20,000 bases of DNA from an uncultured virus (IMG/VR IMGVR_UViG_3300025015_000723) (IMGVR_UViG_3300025015_000723:55125-75124); one strand, 5' to 3'. Numbered from the stretch's first letter, positions 10,501 through 19,361 are shown. The notes: generated from the sequence alone by a model not told the origin. Made by a program: numbers and translations.

Positions 10501-13434
10501 TGGAAGATAGAGGGGTTGTTGGTGACCATCATGTATTGGAGGTAAAACGATTTGCATAATAGAAATAATACCATTTAAAATACTTTTAATATTAATAACA
10601 CTATGTATTTTAGATTTTCCAGTTTGAGCTATAATAATTTGAGAACGCCAATTTAAATATGCAGTAGTGTATGTTGCTAACTCAGCAAGCTGTGAAGTAG
10701 ATAAGTTTGGACTATCAAAAGATACACCAACAAATGGTGATGTGCTGTTTTCTGCATAAACCATCCATCTTTGAGAGCTGCCCTTCGTTAAATTATATAA
10801 AAAATATCCACTATATTTAAACATAAGAGTGTCCCAATTGGCAGGAAATGGAATAAAAACATCCATATCAGAATTCATAGTTAATATAGTTTCGGGAGCT
10901 AAATTTCTATTACCAATGGTATAGTTTTTTAAAAAAGCATCCACATGCCCCATAGCAACATCGTATGTACATAATGATTTAAGTTGAGCAATAGATTCCG
11001 TTGAAAATAATTGTGCAGGATCTAAGTCTGTGGCAGAAGGATTCCACATAGGTGAACTTAAAGGTCTAAGACTTTGAATAACAGCAATACCTTGAGCCAC
11101 CAATTCTTTTATCAAAGACTGGCAATCTTGAACTTGTGCTTGGGTTTCAACTGGCTTTGGTTCTTCTGTTTTTTTAAGTTCGTCTGCTTTAGCTTGTTTA
11201 AGTGCATCTATGTCCTCTTGAAGCTTTTCTTGTACACCATCTTTAATTTTAGATTGAAGTAATTTATATCTATCGTATAATTCCTGAAGTAAATTGAAAT
11301 CCATTAAATTTTCTTTTTCTGGAGACATCCAAACATAAATTTCGTCCATTACCGTAAACACACTTCTTCCTACTAAAAATTTATACAAATTATCTATTTC
11401 GGATTTACGGGTAAAAGTAGCCCCACTTTTAAGTTTTGCTATAGGGCGCTGCTCAATTTGTCCACTATCAAAATTATCTAAAGCCTTTTGAGCATCGACA
11501 ACGGATATTTCAGCATTTGCCACTTCATCATTAATTATATCTAATGGATTTTTTTCTTTTTCTGGCGGTGATGGCTCGGTTGAGTCTCCTGGTGGAGCAG
11601 CATCTAAAACATCTAAGGCCATAGAATATACTAAAGACATAGCTGTGGCTAAAGCCATAAATCTATCTATTGCTTTAATAGCCGCGCCGCAAGTAGATGT
11701 ACAATCATTTGTACTCACCCCTAAATCTAAAAAATATGCTGAAGAACCGGCATCTTGCATTACCTTATTACCCCAAGAATGCCACATATCTTGCATTAAT
11801 GGAACCGAAGTTATTTGTTCACATTGATTAGTAGATAAAGCTGTGGAGAAAACGTCTGATTGTAAAGAATAATATAATGCCACCAAATTGGACCACGTGG
11901 GCTCAACATTATTTAATAAATAAGATAAACGATGATCACCAACAATTGTACTTACTCTAACTTTGGAAATATTAGATCTCCACTCCTGATGATTAACAAC
12001 CTGGTCGTCATAAATAGTACTAAGCTGCTGTCTCCACCAATTATCTAATTTATCTTTAGGCATAATAGCGTTTTCATCTTCTGAAATTAAAGCCTTGGAA
12101 ATAGCAATCATGTCTTCTTCTGTTAATGAAATATCTGTATTAAAAGGAATTGATTCATTAGGCCAAACTGATTGTATACCGCCCCCACGGCGGGAATCAT
12201 TAATTTTAACTTGAATTGATTTAACTAATTGAGTAAGCACTTGGTCACTATCTGGTGCGGCAGCTGTAACACTTCCAGATGGTTCTGTGGTTGGCGATAC
12301 AGCTGCGAGATCATGAACTGCTTTATCTCTTTTTTGATTAGCAATAGTCAACGCCGCTTGAGCATCTGTAAGTTTTTTTTCTAAATCAACTCTATCCTGA
12401 CGTGTTTTACTGTCTTGCCTATTTAAATCTTTAGTATAATCAAATAGATTATCTATATCTTTTTTACTCACATATAATAAATTATATGGATCCTCTAAGG
12501 TGATAGAACAACTACCAGCATCGCCAGTGTCTATGGAAAGATTTGTAGTTAATGAAGAAAAATTAGTTACTTCTAAAACCCCACCGACATCAATACCAGT
12601 AACTTGTTTACCATACCAATATGCACGATAATGATTATATTCTTTACTTTGTGGTGCTTCAGTACCATGGTTTTTAGCTATTTTAGTAAGTGTCCCCTCT
12701 GCATCTGTTTCAGACACACCATACATATATCTGTATTTAGTGAGAGCTTCAATAGTAGAAATATCAACTGTTTTTTGAATCATCAAGTCAGTTACAGCAG
12801 ATTGAAAGGCAGGGCTCCAAGCAGCAGCGGAGGTTAATAATCTAAAGTATTTTTTCCTAAAATATACAGATGCGGAGGGTGTTTGAACAACAACTAATGA
12901 TTTATTAGCATCTATTTCTGGAATACGTTGTAAATCCTTAGCTATAGTTCCTGGTTCTGAAAAATATGTACCATCTGCTTCTTCCCAGCTTTTATATCTT
13001 CCCTCCTGTACTCTCAAAATATCATCTCGCCACTCTCTGGTATATGTTAATTCAGAAGCTAACATTTGTTTACGATATGTTTGGGCCACGCCAGAAATCT
13101 CATCCCAAGAGATAGTTTCTGGACCACCTGAGGCGGACGACGGAGTGGTTAAGGGTGCTGCGTTTGAAGGTTGTGTTTTTTCTGGTGTAGCCGTGGGGGA
13201 TGGATTAACAGCTGGGGTTGAAGAGGTTCCAGTCGAAGAACCAGGAGACTCGTCCTTCCTCCACTCATTAGGCTCAACAAATGAGCCCACTTGATCTTTT
13301 TCTTGATAATAATAAGGAAATCTAGTGTTAGGGGCTTCGCCATTTATCAGAGAATATTCCCAATTAACCCGTAAAGATGGTTGCGTTTTAGGTGGTTTAT
13401 GTAACACAATAGAATAATTATTGGGATTAGACAT
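7561..13434 (-). CDS. Putative baseplate hub protein (T4 gp27 / P2 gpD / Mu gp44 / VgrG N-terminal-like) with very large insertions (1957 aa)
   Basis: Hub-like segments in the expected order: GSCSITLEDP, VFTVMDEIYVWM, QVFSGVVTRVSEAYNDGVHTVNINASSVMRFLE, KQICEDVVEQLDWEFFPDAQGNLWYRKP, YYIKDKNILSWSFDESE, and C-terminal GSIQIIGNPFYQTGEVIYVESRNMLFYVTKVAHNFSYSGQFTTTLSL. Lies between tube-initiator-like and spike-like genes. Confidence 0.75.
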   Translation of the reverse strand: MSNPNNYSIVLHKPPKTQPSLRVNWEYSLINGEAPNTRFPYYYQEKDQVGSFVEPNEWRKDESPGSSTGTSSTPAVNPSPTATPEKTQPSNAAPLTTPSSASGGPETISWDEISGVAQTYRKQMLASELTYTREWRDDILRVQEGRYKSWEEADGTYFSEPGTIAKDLQRIPEIDANKSLVVVQTPSASVYFRKKYFRLLTSAAAWSPAFQSAVTDLMIQKTVDISTIEALTKYRYMYGVSETDAEGTLTKIAKNHGTEAPQSKEYNHYRAYWYGKQVTGIDVGGVLEVTNFSSLTTNLSIDTGDAGSCSITLEDPYNLLYVSKKDIDNLFDYTKDLNRQDSKTRQDRVDLEKKLTDAQAALTIANQKRDKAVHDLAAVSPTTEPSGSVTAAAPDSDQVLTQLVKSIQVKINDSRRGGGIQSVWPNESIPFNTDISLTEEDMIAISKALISEDENAIMPKDKLDNWWRQQLSTIYDDQVVNHQEWRSNISKVRVSTIVGDHRLSYLLNNVEPTWSNLVALYYSLQSDVFSTALSTNQCEQITSVPLMQDMWHSWGNKVMQDAGSSAYFLDLGVSTNDCTSTCGAAIKAIDRFMALATAMSLVYSMALDVLDAAPPGDSTEPSPPEKEKNPLDIINDEVANAEISVVDAQKALDNFDSGQIEQRPIAKLKSGATFTRKSEIDNLYKFLVGRSVFTVMDEIYVWMSPEKENLMDFNLLQELYDRYKLLQSKIKDGVQEKLQEDIDALKQAKADELKKTEEPKPVETQAQVQDCQSLIKELVAQGIAVIQSLRPLSSPMWNPSATDLDPAQLFSTESIAQLKSLCTYDVAMGHVDAFLKNYTIGNRNLAPETILTMNSDMDVFIPFPANWDTLMFKYSGYFLYNLTKGSSQRWMVYAENSTSPFVGVSFDSPNLSTSQLAELATYTTAYLNWRSQIIIAQTGKSKIHSVINIKSILNGIISIMQIVLPPIHDGHQQPLYLPTDTLRFVGNNRGSCWYKDNFWDTLGLFNYNQSNAQCAENNSVTYDADTSAVVSEALWLLKDYLSSLNQSSSDNFMSSQDATAKEETTSVQTSDPAIAGQVEADVSAEANSNKQMSEYLAANQATQEYDNQITAYTEQLNQLNDYKTEMADIETRFKAFGLSPTTIPKDLSQFMVFALSGGMQVFSGVVTRVSEAYNDGVHTVNINASSVMRFLEMTRFINSPSVTNFGGYLYDPIDVEVKVETDETVTPTGHFSWRHGQYFVAGNANSMAIFTSAYDRATALESMTSDYVKRVGLAFEKAPLQSLDSANIISVITTGLAFNPQLSMKASIPDSNHSFRRYLDTKIAQSPIPDKWINLLQIAANAQNKAFGDFTPFGWIPADISLYDPKTFKDEQYIHQVIMFDSAEDSTPLPSPQGVPRTEALKENEKFRALINGAIFPGQTLSEQIVLSTYGQVGKYRNIVATGKRSTSLAWADMKITGAQIDEELDQLKILELSNIHKDDITEFRVDSVIGGYPSVDAPDDDALLKCINYRDAQLAVLQNKRSDVVMNIDQNFVIIDMTYMASIAVRAFNFQVNQNMELWDTDRLNPKQICEDVVEQLDWEFFPDAQGNLWYRKPQYNRVPLSVFKEKILPYVLSFLKNSPDFAEAGSWADWERQIGTDAASQRLLKYLPGIDKSWVRAYQYKYLLAHLVEVDYPISEEGVAKEIFGDSILPSSSARSHYYIKDKNILSWSFDESEPKFCRLNVLGKYDGLTDTPGIPVYLTAAGVDFDLWYHYGFREEKVQKAFITNAQSQGMPYVSAYLTRQYSALLSGSIQIIGNPFYQTGEVIYVESRNMLFYVTKVAHNFSYSGQFTTTLSLGYGHYPGVWIPNPYDQTAALLSHDTRFLTSYDVSNFTKLLEFKRDKIKNATSDPSSNTHSVEWNEICGLNCDKENIIKATWDPSIVDRLRASLYYDRAEHELKLVSELRSATQSPGLTEG

Positions 13435-13461
13435 CTATTCTTTCCTTTTTAAAATTAAATT

Positions 13462-14121
13462 TTAATCTTCACTAATTTGTGATTTAGAAGCAGATTGTTT
13501 ATCTGCTGCCTGCTGAGTTGAAACATTTTGAGCTGCTTTTTCGTTTTCCCTTGAAGAGGGAAAGGTAAGCTCACCTTGAACGGTCCTATGCCAAGGCATA
13601 TAATTGGCATCCCTACCCTTCGTCTTCCATACAGTAAAATTAATAGTATATGTATATTCTCCTGGGGAAGAGGCCGATTCAGTAATACTAAAATTTGTGA
13701 AAAAACCATAATATCTTTTATTGCCATACCATAGTGTCACCTGTGTGGCTCGTGACACTAAATCTGAACTATGATATGCTGTTTGAGAATTATCATCTTG
13801 TTTTTTGTCTGTGGTTAAAGATTTGTTATATCTTTTTTCTATTTGGCCTAAAACGGAAAGACCAGATTCACTTAATTGTTCAGATCGATAAATATCATAC
13901 AATACCTCAATCGCTTCTATTCCTGCGGAGCCGGTAGTGCCCGTAAGTTGTAAAGTATCAAGGTCGTCTCCCCAATATTGCACAACAAACCCGCCCTTTG
14001 TGCGAGTGGATGTAATTTTTTTAGTATGATTGAATACTACTTGTTGTGGATTAATATACATTTCAACCATAGTTCCATCATATAGTTCCCACACCATTAA
14101 GTGTCTTTTCCACTCAGCCAT
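13462..14121 (-). CDS. Putative tail tube initiator / tube-like baseplate protein (P2 gpU / T4 gp48-gp54-like) (219 aa)
   Basis: Pattern MYINPQQVVFNHTKKIT..RTKGGFVVQYWGDDLDTLQLTGTTG ... LWYGNKRYYGFFTNFSITESASSPGEYTYTINFTV resembles tube-fold proteins encoded right after tape-measure genes. GGGAG 6 nt before the ATG. Confidence 0.7.
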   Translation of the reverse strand: MAEWKRHLMVWELYDGTMVEMYINPQQVVFNHTKKITSTRTKGGFVVQYWGDDLDTLQLTGTTGSAGIEAIEVLYDIYRSEQLSESGLSVLGQIEKRYNKSLTTDKKQDDNSQTAYHSSDLVSRATQVTLWYGNKRYYGFFTNFSITESASSPGEYTYTINFTVWKTKGRDANYMPWHRTVQGELTFPSSRENEKAAQNVSTQQAADKQSASKSQISED

Positions 14122-14133
14122 AATTATCTCCCA

Positions 14134-16953
14134 TTAAAACCTAATAGTTGCCTGAAGACGATATTCTTCACCAGTGCGAGCACCCGATGTGTTTACTGCT
14201 GCAATCAATTTATCTATCTTAATCTCTTGAGGACCCGCGTCTACATCAAACCAATTATCCATTCCACCAACAGTTAGCTGAGAGGCAACCGCCGATGCCA
14301 TTGCTCCAGAACGTCTACCTAATCCTAAATATTGACCAACTGTAGCATTTTTGACACCACCAGCTGTTGGATTATAATCTAATGATGCCCCTTCTTTAAT
14401 CCATTTTTTAAAACCACCAAGACCCATAAAATGTACTAATTTTAAAGTTTCCGCTGTTACTGGTATGTTTATATTACGTAGCCCTTTAGCGTAATCCTGA
14501 ACCGCTAAACCCATCATTGTTTCTTGAATTTTAGCACCTTCAGGACCAAACATCATTTGGCGCATAGACTCTTTAGACGAAAAATCTTGAGTGGAAACAC
14601 CCATATTTGAAAATGCCGACGTATGTTTTTCATAAAGCTCTTTTGCTGTGCTTTGTACAAATTGATATTTTCCTGTGGCACTTGTTTGCTTATTAGCGGC
14701 ATAATATCCATCTGGTCCAGATTCTACTCCCGCTACTTCAGCTTTTAATTCATCTAATGCTGCACCAGAAAGGTTAGCTTCAGAAAGCATTTTTGCTTTA
14801 CTAAGAATATATTGTAAGCCACCCATGTTCTGAATACGTAACATATCTGAAGCCCCTATCGTAGCCTCTCCTTCTTGGTGTCTAAGAATTTGGCCCTGGC
14901 CGTGCATCGTAACTCCCTCGGTGTCTCCAGATGGAATACCTTGTTGTTTTATATCTTTTAAAGATGTAGAACTACCTTGAGTTGTTTCTTTAAAGGCGGC
15001 GGCGAGAGAGCCACCTGAACCACCCATAGGTGTCAAGGCTTCTCCCTGTAATCTAGCTCGTTTTTCATTAGCCTCTGCTTCAACGCTCCAGGGATTTAAT
15101 GCAGTGATTGCTTCGCGGGTGTATGCTTCGTCTTTAATTCCTGATGCCGACAAATCTTGAGCAACTACTATTCCCAGTGCCTTACCATATATTGACATTT
15201 TAGCTTCTGCTGAAGAAGCTGGGTCATTTAAAATTGCCTCTTCCGCAGCAGTTAGTTTCACACGTAATGCATATTTCTTAGAAATTTCTTTAAGTGTGTC
15301 GGCTATATATTCTGAACCATGTATGGGATCAGAAGAAGCCATAACATCTGCGCGCTTCATATTTTCCCATTGCTTACCAAGCGCTGTTGCAGCCACTACT
15401 TTATCTGTTTTATTTTCCTTTTGAAAGGTTTCCAATCTAGTATCTATATAGTGTTGTTTAGATCCAGAAGTAAGAGAAAATAATATATCGGATTTACGTT
15501 TAGTGGATTCTACATTATTACCAGCCATTCCAATCGCTTTCATATACATACCAGAAACATGGTCCCAAATTTGCTGTAATGTGGTTCTTTTCATACTTTC
15601 TATTGCTTCAGCTTCACTTAAACCATTTCCCATTGTTTGTTGCATTTTTTTATAATTAGCTTCTGTAACTTTATTAGTTTTTTTATAATCAATTAAAATT
15701 CCACGCATTAACATTGCTTGGTTTTTATCTTTAACTCCAAAGACACTAGACAGTAATTGATCAAACAACAAAGATTGATTGGCCGCTGTGTTAGCTTGTG
15801 AATGAGTTAAGCCCTTAGTAAATTCTGGGCCCCAAACAAAGAGGGGCGTTTTAGCAGAACCCTCAAGAGTGTTTATAATCATATCCATAACATCATTTGT
15901 GGAAACATTTTTTCCAGTTCTTAAATCCTTTCCAGCTCGAACTGCAGCACGCAACATCATACCGCCAACTAATGGATCTTGAACATCACCAATAATATTT
16001 TTAGCGAAACCACCAGACACCATAAGACCAGATATAACTGGAGATAAATTTCGCATTCCATCATCCATAATGCGCGTAAATTCATCAGTCAAAGCTTCTT
16101 GTCCCTTATTTCTTAAAATAGTAAAAACACTAGTATATAAAGATGTAATATTCGCAATGCGCCTAGTTCCATCTACAATACTACCTTCTGTCCCAGCCAC
16201 AATTGAAGCTAAATCTCCAAGGCCCTTAGTGGTAGACATTCCAACTATACGTAACATTTTAGTTGCATCTACCCAAGCTTCCATCATTCTATATGCTGCA
16301 ATTTTTGGATCATCGGAGGCGCCCATTCTACCAGCGGCGCCATATACCATCTTAGTGAGGGGAATAATATCATATTGAAAGGCGTTGCTAAATTTAAATA
16401 AAGTGCTTTGTAAATTATCAACAACATTACCGCTAGAATCAATAATTTGAGCATTAAGCATGGCATAAGAACCTGCCATCATTTTTACAGTATTAAGATA
16501 TTGATCTATTCTGTCTTGCTGAACATGTAGTGTTGATTTTAATTCACCAATATGAGAAAGTGTGGCATTAGCAAATCGACTAACTTCTTCCGTGGTTTGC
16601 CCAAAAGAGGCTCCTAATTGAATTGCACTAGTTTTGGTTTTAATCATAGCTTGTTCAAATGTTGTTACTGTGTCTATAAGATTAGCTCCAGATTCTAATA
16701 AATTGCCAGCTGTTTTAATTTTTAAATTTTCACTTTTCTTCATCATGGAAGTAAGATTTCTTATTACACCAGAATCTGATAAAGTTTTAATTTGATCATT
16801 TAAAATACTATTCATATCATCAGCAGTATTTTCCATTAACTTAAAGGACCGCGTTAATCGCTGAAGAACGCGTAAATATGACTCATATGCAACATTAGAA
16901 GATTCTATAGCTGCTTTAGTCGCACGTTGAATATTTTTATCTTGTTCGTTCAT
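14134..16953 (-). CDS. Tape-measure-like protein 2 with C-terminal lysozyme-like (lytic transglycosylase-type) domain (939 aa)
   Basis: Helical A/M/K/T-rich N-terminal ~640 aa. Catalytic-type motifs VAGVESG (E744), SATGKYQFVQST, LVHFMGLGG and TVGQY at ~14320-14760. ATGA overlap with the upstream gene. Confidence 0.8.
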   Translation of the reverse strand: MNEQDKNIQRATKAAIESSNVAYESYLRVLQRLTRSFKLMENTADDMNSILNDQIKTLSDSGVIRNLTSMMKKSENLKIKTAGNLLESGANLIDTVTTFEQAMIKTKTSAIQLGASFGQTTEEVSRFANATLSHIGELKSTLHVQQDRIDQYLNTVKMMAGSYAMLNAQIIDSSGNVVDNLQSTLFKFSNAFQYDIIPLTKMVYGAAGRMGASDDPKIAAYRMMEAWVDATKMLRIVGMSTTKGLGDLASIVAGTEGSIVDGTRRIANITSLYTSVFTILRNKGQEALTDEFTRIMDDGMRNLSPVISGLMVSGGFAKNIIGDVQDPLVGGMMLRAAVRAGKDLRTGKNVSTNDVMDMIINTLEGSAKTPLFVWGPEFTKGLTHSQANTAANQSLLFDQLLSSVFGVKDKNQAMLMRGILIDYKKTNKVTEANYKKMQQTMGNGLSEAEAIESMKRTTLQQIWDHVSGMYMKAIGMAGNNVESTKRKSDILFSLTSGSKQHYIDTRLETFQKENKTDKVVAATALGKQWENMKRADVMASSDPIHGSEYIADTLKEISKKYALRVKLTAAEEAILNDPASSAEAKMSIYGKALGIVVAQDLSASGIKDEAYTREAITALNPWSVEAEANEKRARLQGEALTPMGGSGGSLAAAFKETTQGSSTSLKDIKQQGIPSGDTEGVTMHGQGQILRHQEGEATIGASDMLRIQNMGGLQYILSKAKMLSEANLSGAALDELKAEVAGVESGPDGYYAANKQTSATGKYQFVQSTAKELYEKHTSAFSNMGVSTQDFSSKESMRQMMFGPEGAKIQETMMGLAVQDYAKGLRNINIPVTAETLKLVHFMGLGGFKKWIKEGASLDYNPTAGGVKNATVGQYLGLGRRSGAMASAVASQLTVGGMDNWFDVDAGPQEIKIDKLIAAVNTSGARTGEEYRLQATIRF

Positions 16954-19349
16954 TTGCTTCCTGGGGTTCCGCCAGTAGATTCATTTTCAAGAGGAGCATT
17001 TTTGGTTTGAATGAGAGCGGCATTAACAGTTGTAGTTTTATTAACGGGCCCCTTTGATTTGGGTTCATTTTGATTTGAATCCATCTGCGAAGAAGGGGCT
17101 TTAGTGTTGGTTGCCATTTCATTGCTAGCGATTAACTTGGACGATGAAGTGACGTCACTAGTTGGCAATGAAGAGGGTAACTTAGGCACAGTGGGCGAAA
17201 TACGAGGTGGAAGATTACTTACCGCTGCGCGTAATGATAAAACATTATTTTGAGGTGGTTCGATAGTAACTATTCTGCCACCAGCCGTGCGTGAACGATT
17301 AGAAGAGTCTAAACTCCTCACTTCGTAATGAATATGCGGGCCCGTAGAGCGGCCCGTACTTCCAACTAGACCAATTGGTTCACCAATGTTTACTGGACCG
17401 TTTTTAAACCCATCGGGAATACCAGATAAATGACCAAACACATGCTCCTCGTTACCAGTAATTACGCTAACCGTATTTCCCATATTTTTATATCCAGGAA
17501 AACCCTCTGGGTGATAGGTGGCTATCCCCGTCACAGGAGAAGGAAATACTGTTCCTTCTTTACCGGAAATATCAATTCCACTATGTAAATATCTACGACC
17601 TCTACTGTCTATTCTCGTTTCCCCATATTGACCTCTAATAGTGCCTGGAGGTGAGCCACCAGAACCAACCCGAGCTGCGCCTCTAGCGCCAGTTACAGTA
17701 GAAGAAACAGTTCCCTTCCCCATTAATTCCGCCAATGCATCTTCAATGGAACCCCTATCTGGCTCTATGGCTCCCACCGCAACCATTTCTCTGAGGGAAA
17801 CCCAAAGGCTGCGGGCTTCTGATAATGCATTTTGTTTTTCAACTGCAGATAGAGGCCTTTTAAGTTTCGCTTCTTTATCTGCTAAATGTTGTTTTTCAAA
17901 TGTCTCTGCAGTAGTTTTTAAATTTTTCTCTAATAAATCTTCAGCGTTTTTACCATATACCCAATGTAAAAACAGACCCTTAACATTAATCGCTATATTT
18001 TGTAAAGTGGTAAGTTGTTGCTGAGCTATTCCCTGTCCTTGATCAAAAACATTTTTTATTTTTTCTTCTGCACTTAATTTTTCTTCAGCCGTTAATTTAC
18101 CAGATAAAACTGAATTCACTAATTGAATAAGATTTTGGGCCTCTCCTTCGTTAACATGAAACATTTCTTGAATTTTAGATTGAACTACAAATGATGCGTT
18201 CCACCGTGGGTCGTTTTTAGCTACGCCCTGAGCTATTAACTCTGGGACAGACTCGAAACTACCAAAATACTTTTGCATACTAGTTTTGATTTTTAATAAA
18301 GCTGGGGCCATTTTACCTTGACCAGAAGCTTCTCTGATTTGAGCAAAGAAAGTTTGAACGTCGGCCATTGTGCCGCCACCGGATGCTCCCAATAACCACG
18401 CAGCGTTTCCAGAGCTAAGGCCAGTCAAGCCGGTTTGCACTTTTGCTAAAAAGTCTCCAGCTAATCCTTCTTGACCTCGTTGCTGTAGGCCCATATAAAA
18501 TTTTTCATAATTCAATCTTAAATCCATAGCTCTATTTTCAATATTAGTAATAGAAGCCCAATGACCGGACACAGATTTCATAATTTCTTCACGAAGATAT
18601 GGAACGGTTATTCCTAATCTATTAGCTGAATAAGAAAATCCTCTATAAATTTGAGCGGTTGTTGTGGCATTTTTTGCAAAATCTCCTGTTGCATGACCAG
18701 CTCGTAACGTTAGATCTTCAAAATCCTTTAGAACAGTAGAAAATTCCATACCCAAACCTTTGCTCATTGCAAACATATGGTCAACTATTGCTTTCTTTGG
18801 TCCCCAAGCTTGAATCATAGTATCCATATCTCTATAAGAAAAAGCTGTTTTACGTAATACTTCTTGATATTTATTAAATTCTTCAGTGTGAACTGATAAC
18901 GTTTGACTTAATCTTCCCAGCGTAGCCATTTGGCTCTTGGCATATCTTTCCACTTCCATGGATGATTGACCAAATGCAGCGCCAGTTATAACACTACTAC
19001 GTTTAAGATCCACAAAAGCACTATCTATTTTATTCATAGTTTCAGCTGCTATTAAAAGAGCTTTTACTGCTACGCCAATACGTTTATCTACTGACATAGC
19101 AATATCTTCAATAGTGCCTATTAACGGGATGTCGTTAACAGAATTAATATCACCAAATAATTTAGTAAAAGTACCGCCCAACTCTGAAACAGCTTTATTG
19201 GTTTTTTGAAAAACTTCGGTAACTTGTTCAAAAGATTGAGCAATATTTTCAGCTACCTGACCGGAAGCTTCTGCTAGTTTACGTTGGGCGGTAACTGCAG
19301 ATATTATATCTGCGCCAGTTTTACTATCTACAGTAACTTCATCTGCCAT
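16950..19349 (-). CDS. Tape-measure-like protein 1 with M23 metallo-endopeptidase domain (799 aa)
   Basis: Directly follows the frameshifted chaperone pair. Helical N-terminal ~550 aa. M23 zinc motifs HSGID (H589/D593) and STGPHIHYEV (H672/H674), plus FGHL and GEPIGLVGSTG, at ~17315-17640. S/T/P-rich C-terminal tail. Confidence 0.85.
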   Translation of the reverse strand: MADEVTVDSKTGADIISAVTAQRKLAEASGQVAENIAQSFEQVTEVFQKTNKAVSELGGTFTKLFGDINSVNDIPLIGTIEDIAMSVDKRIGVAVKALLIAAETMNKIDSAFVDLKRSSVITGAAFGQSSMEVERYAKSQMATLGRLSQTLSVHTEEFNKYQEVLRKTAFSYRDMDTMIQAWGPKKAIVDHMFAMSKGLGMEFSTVLKDFEDLTLRAGHATGDFAKNATTTAQIYRGFSYSANRLGITVPYLREEIMKSVSGHWASITNIENRAMDLRLNYEKFYMGLQQRGQEGLAGDFLAKVQTGLTGLSSGNAAWLLGASGGGTMADVQTFFAQIREASGQGKMAPALLKIKTSMQKYFGSFESVPELIAQGVAKNDPRWNASFVVQSKIQEMFHVNEGEAQNLIQLVNSVLSGKLTAEEKLSAEEKIKNVFDQGQGIAQQQLTTLQNIAINVKGLFLHWVYGKNAEDLLEKNLKTTAETFEKQHLADKEAKLKRPLSAVEKQNALSEARSLWVSLREMVAVGAIEPDRGSIEDALAELMGKGTVSSTVTGARGAARVGSGGSPPGTIRGQYGETRIDSRGRRYLHSGIDISGKEGTVFPSPVTGIATYHPEGFPGYKNMGNTVSVITGNEEHVFGHLSGIPDGFKNGPVNIGEPIGLVGSTGRSTGPHIHYEVRSLDSSNRSRTAGGRIVTIEPPQNNVLSLRAAVSNLPPRISPTVPKLPSSLPTSDVTSSSKLIASNEMATNTKAPSSQMDSNQNEPKSKGPVNKTTTVNAALIQTKNAPLENESTGGTPGSK

Positions 19350-19355
19350 GAGATT

Positions 19356-19361
19356 TCACCT
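19356..19361 (-). promoter_or_regulatory. Shine-Dalgarno site (AGGTGA) of the 799-aa gene
   Basis: AGGTGA-6 nt-ATG. The same 6-nt spacing is seen for GGGAG (14128-14132), GAGGAG (3633-3638) and GGAGG (2626-2630). Confidence 0.65.

Noticed and set aside
9961..12453. Inteins or introns as the cause of the hub inserts
   Set aside because: No C/S...HN splice-junction or LAGLIDADG/HNH motifs seen, the frame is continuous, and the inserts are bounded by coiled-coil-like helices.
16950..16990. Frameshift fusion of the two tape-measure-like genes into one protein
   Set aside because: The downstream frame has a TGA about 10 codons before its ATG, there is no phased slippery heptamer, and the second gene has its own paralogous N-terminal region. 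ATGA coupling explains the junction.
4628..17122. Short alternate-frame minus-strand ORFs (4628-4909, 9114-9296, 13149-13343, 13455-13727, 16284-16466, 16937-17122)
   Set aside because: Nested in or almost wholly overlapping well-supported genes, with no motif or frameshift signal that I could see linking them.
19356..19361. GGTGA-type SD and PKD domains suggesting an archaeal virus
   Set aside because: AGGTGA also pairs with bacterial anti-SD, other SDs are GGAG-type, and M23 plus lysozyme-like domains indicate a peptidoglycan-walled host.
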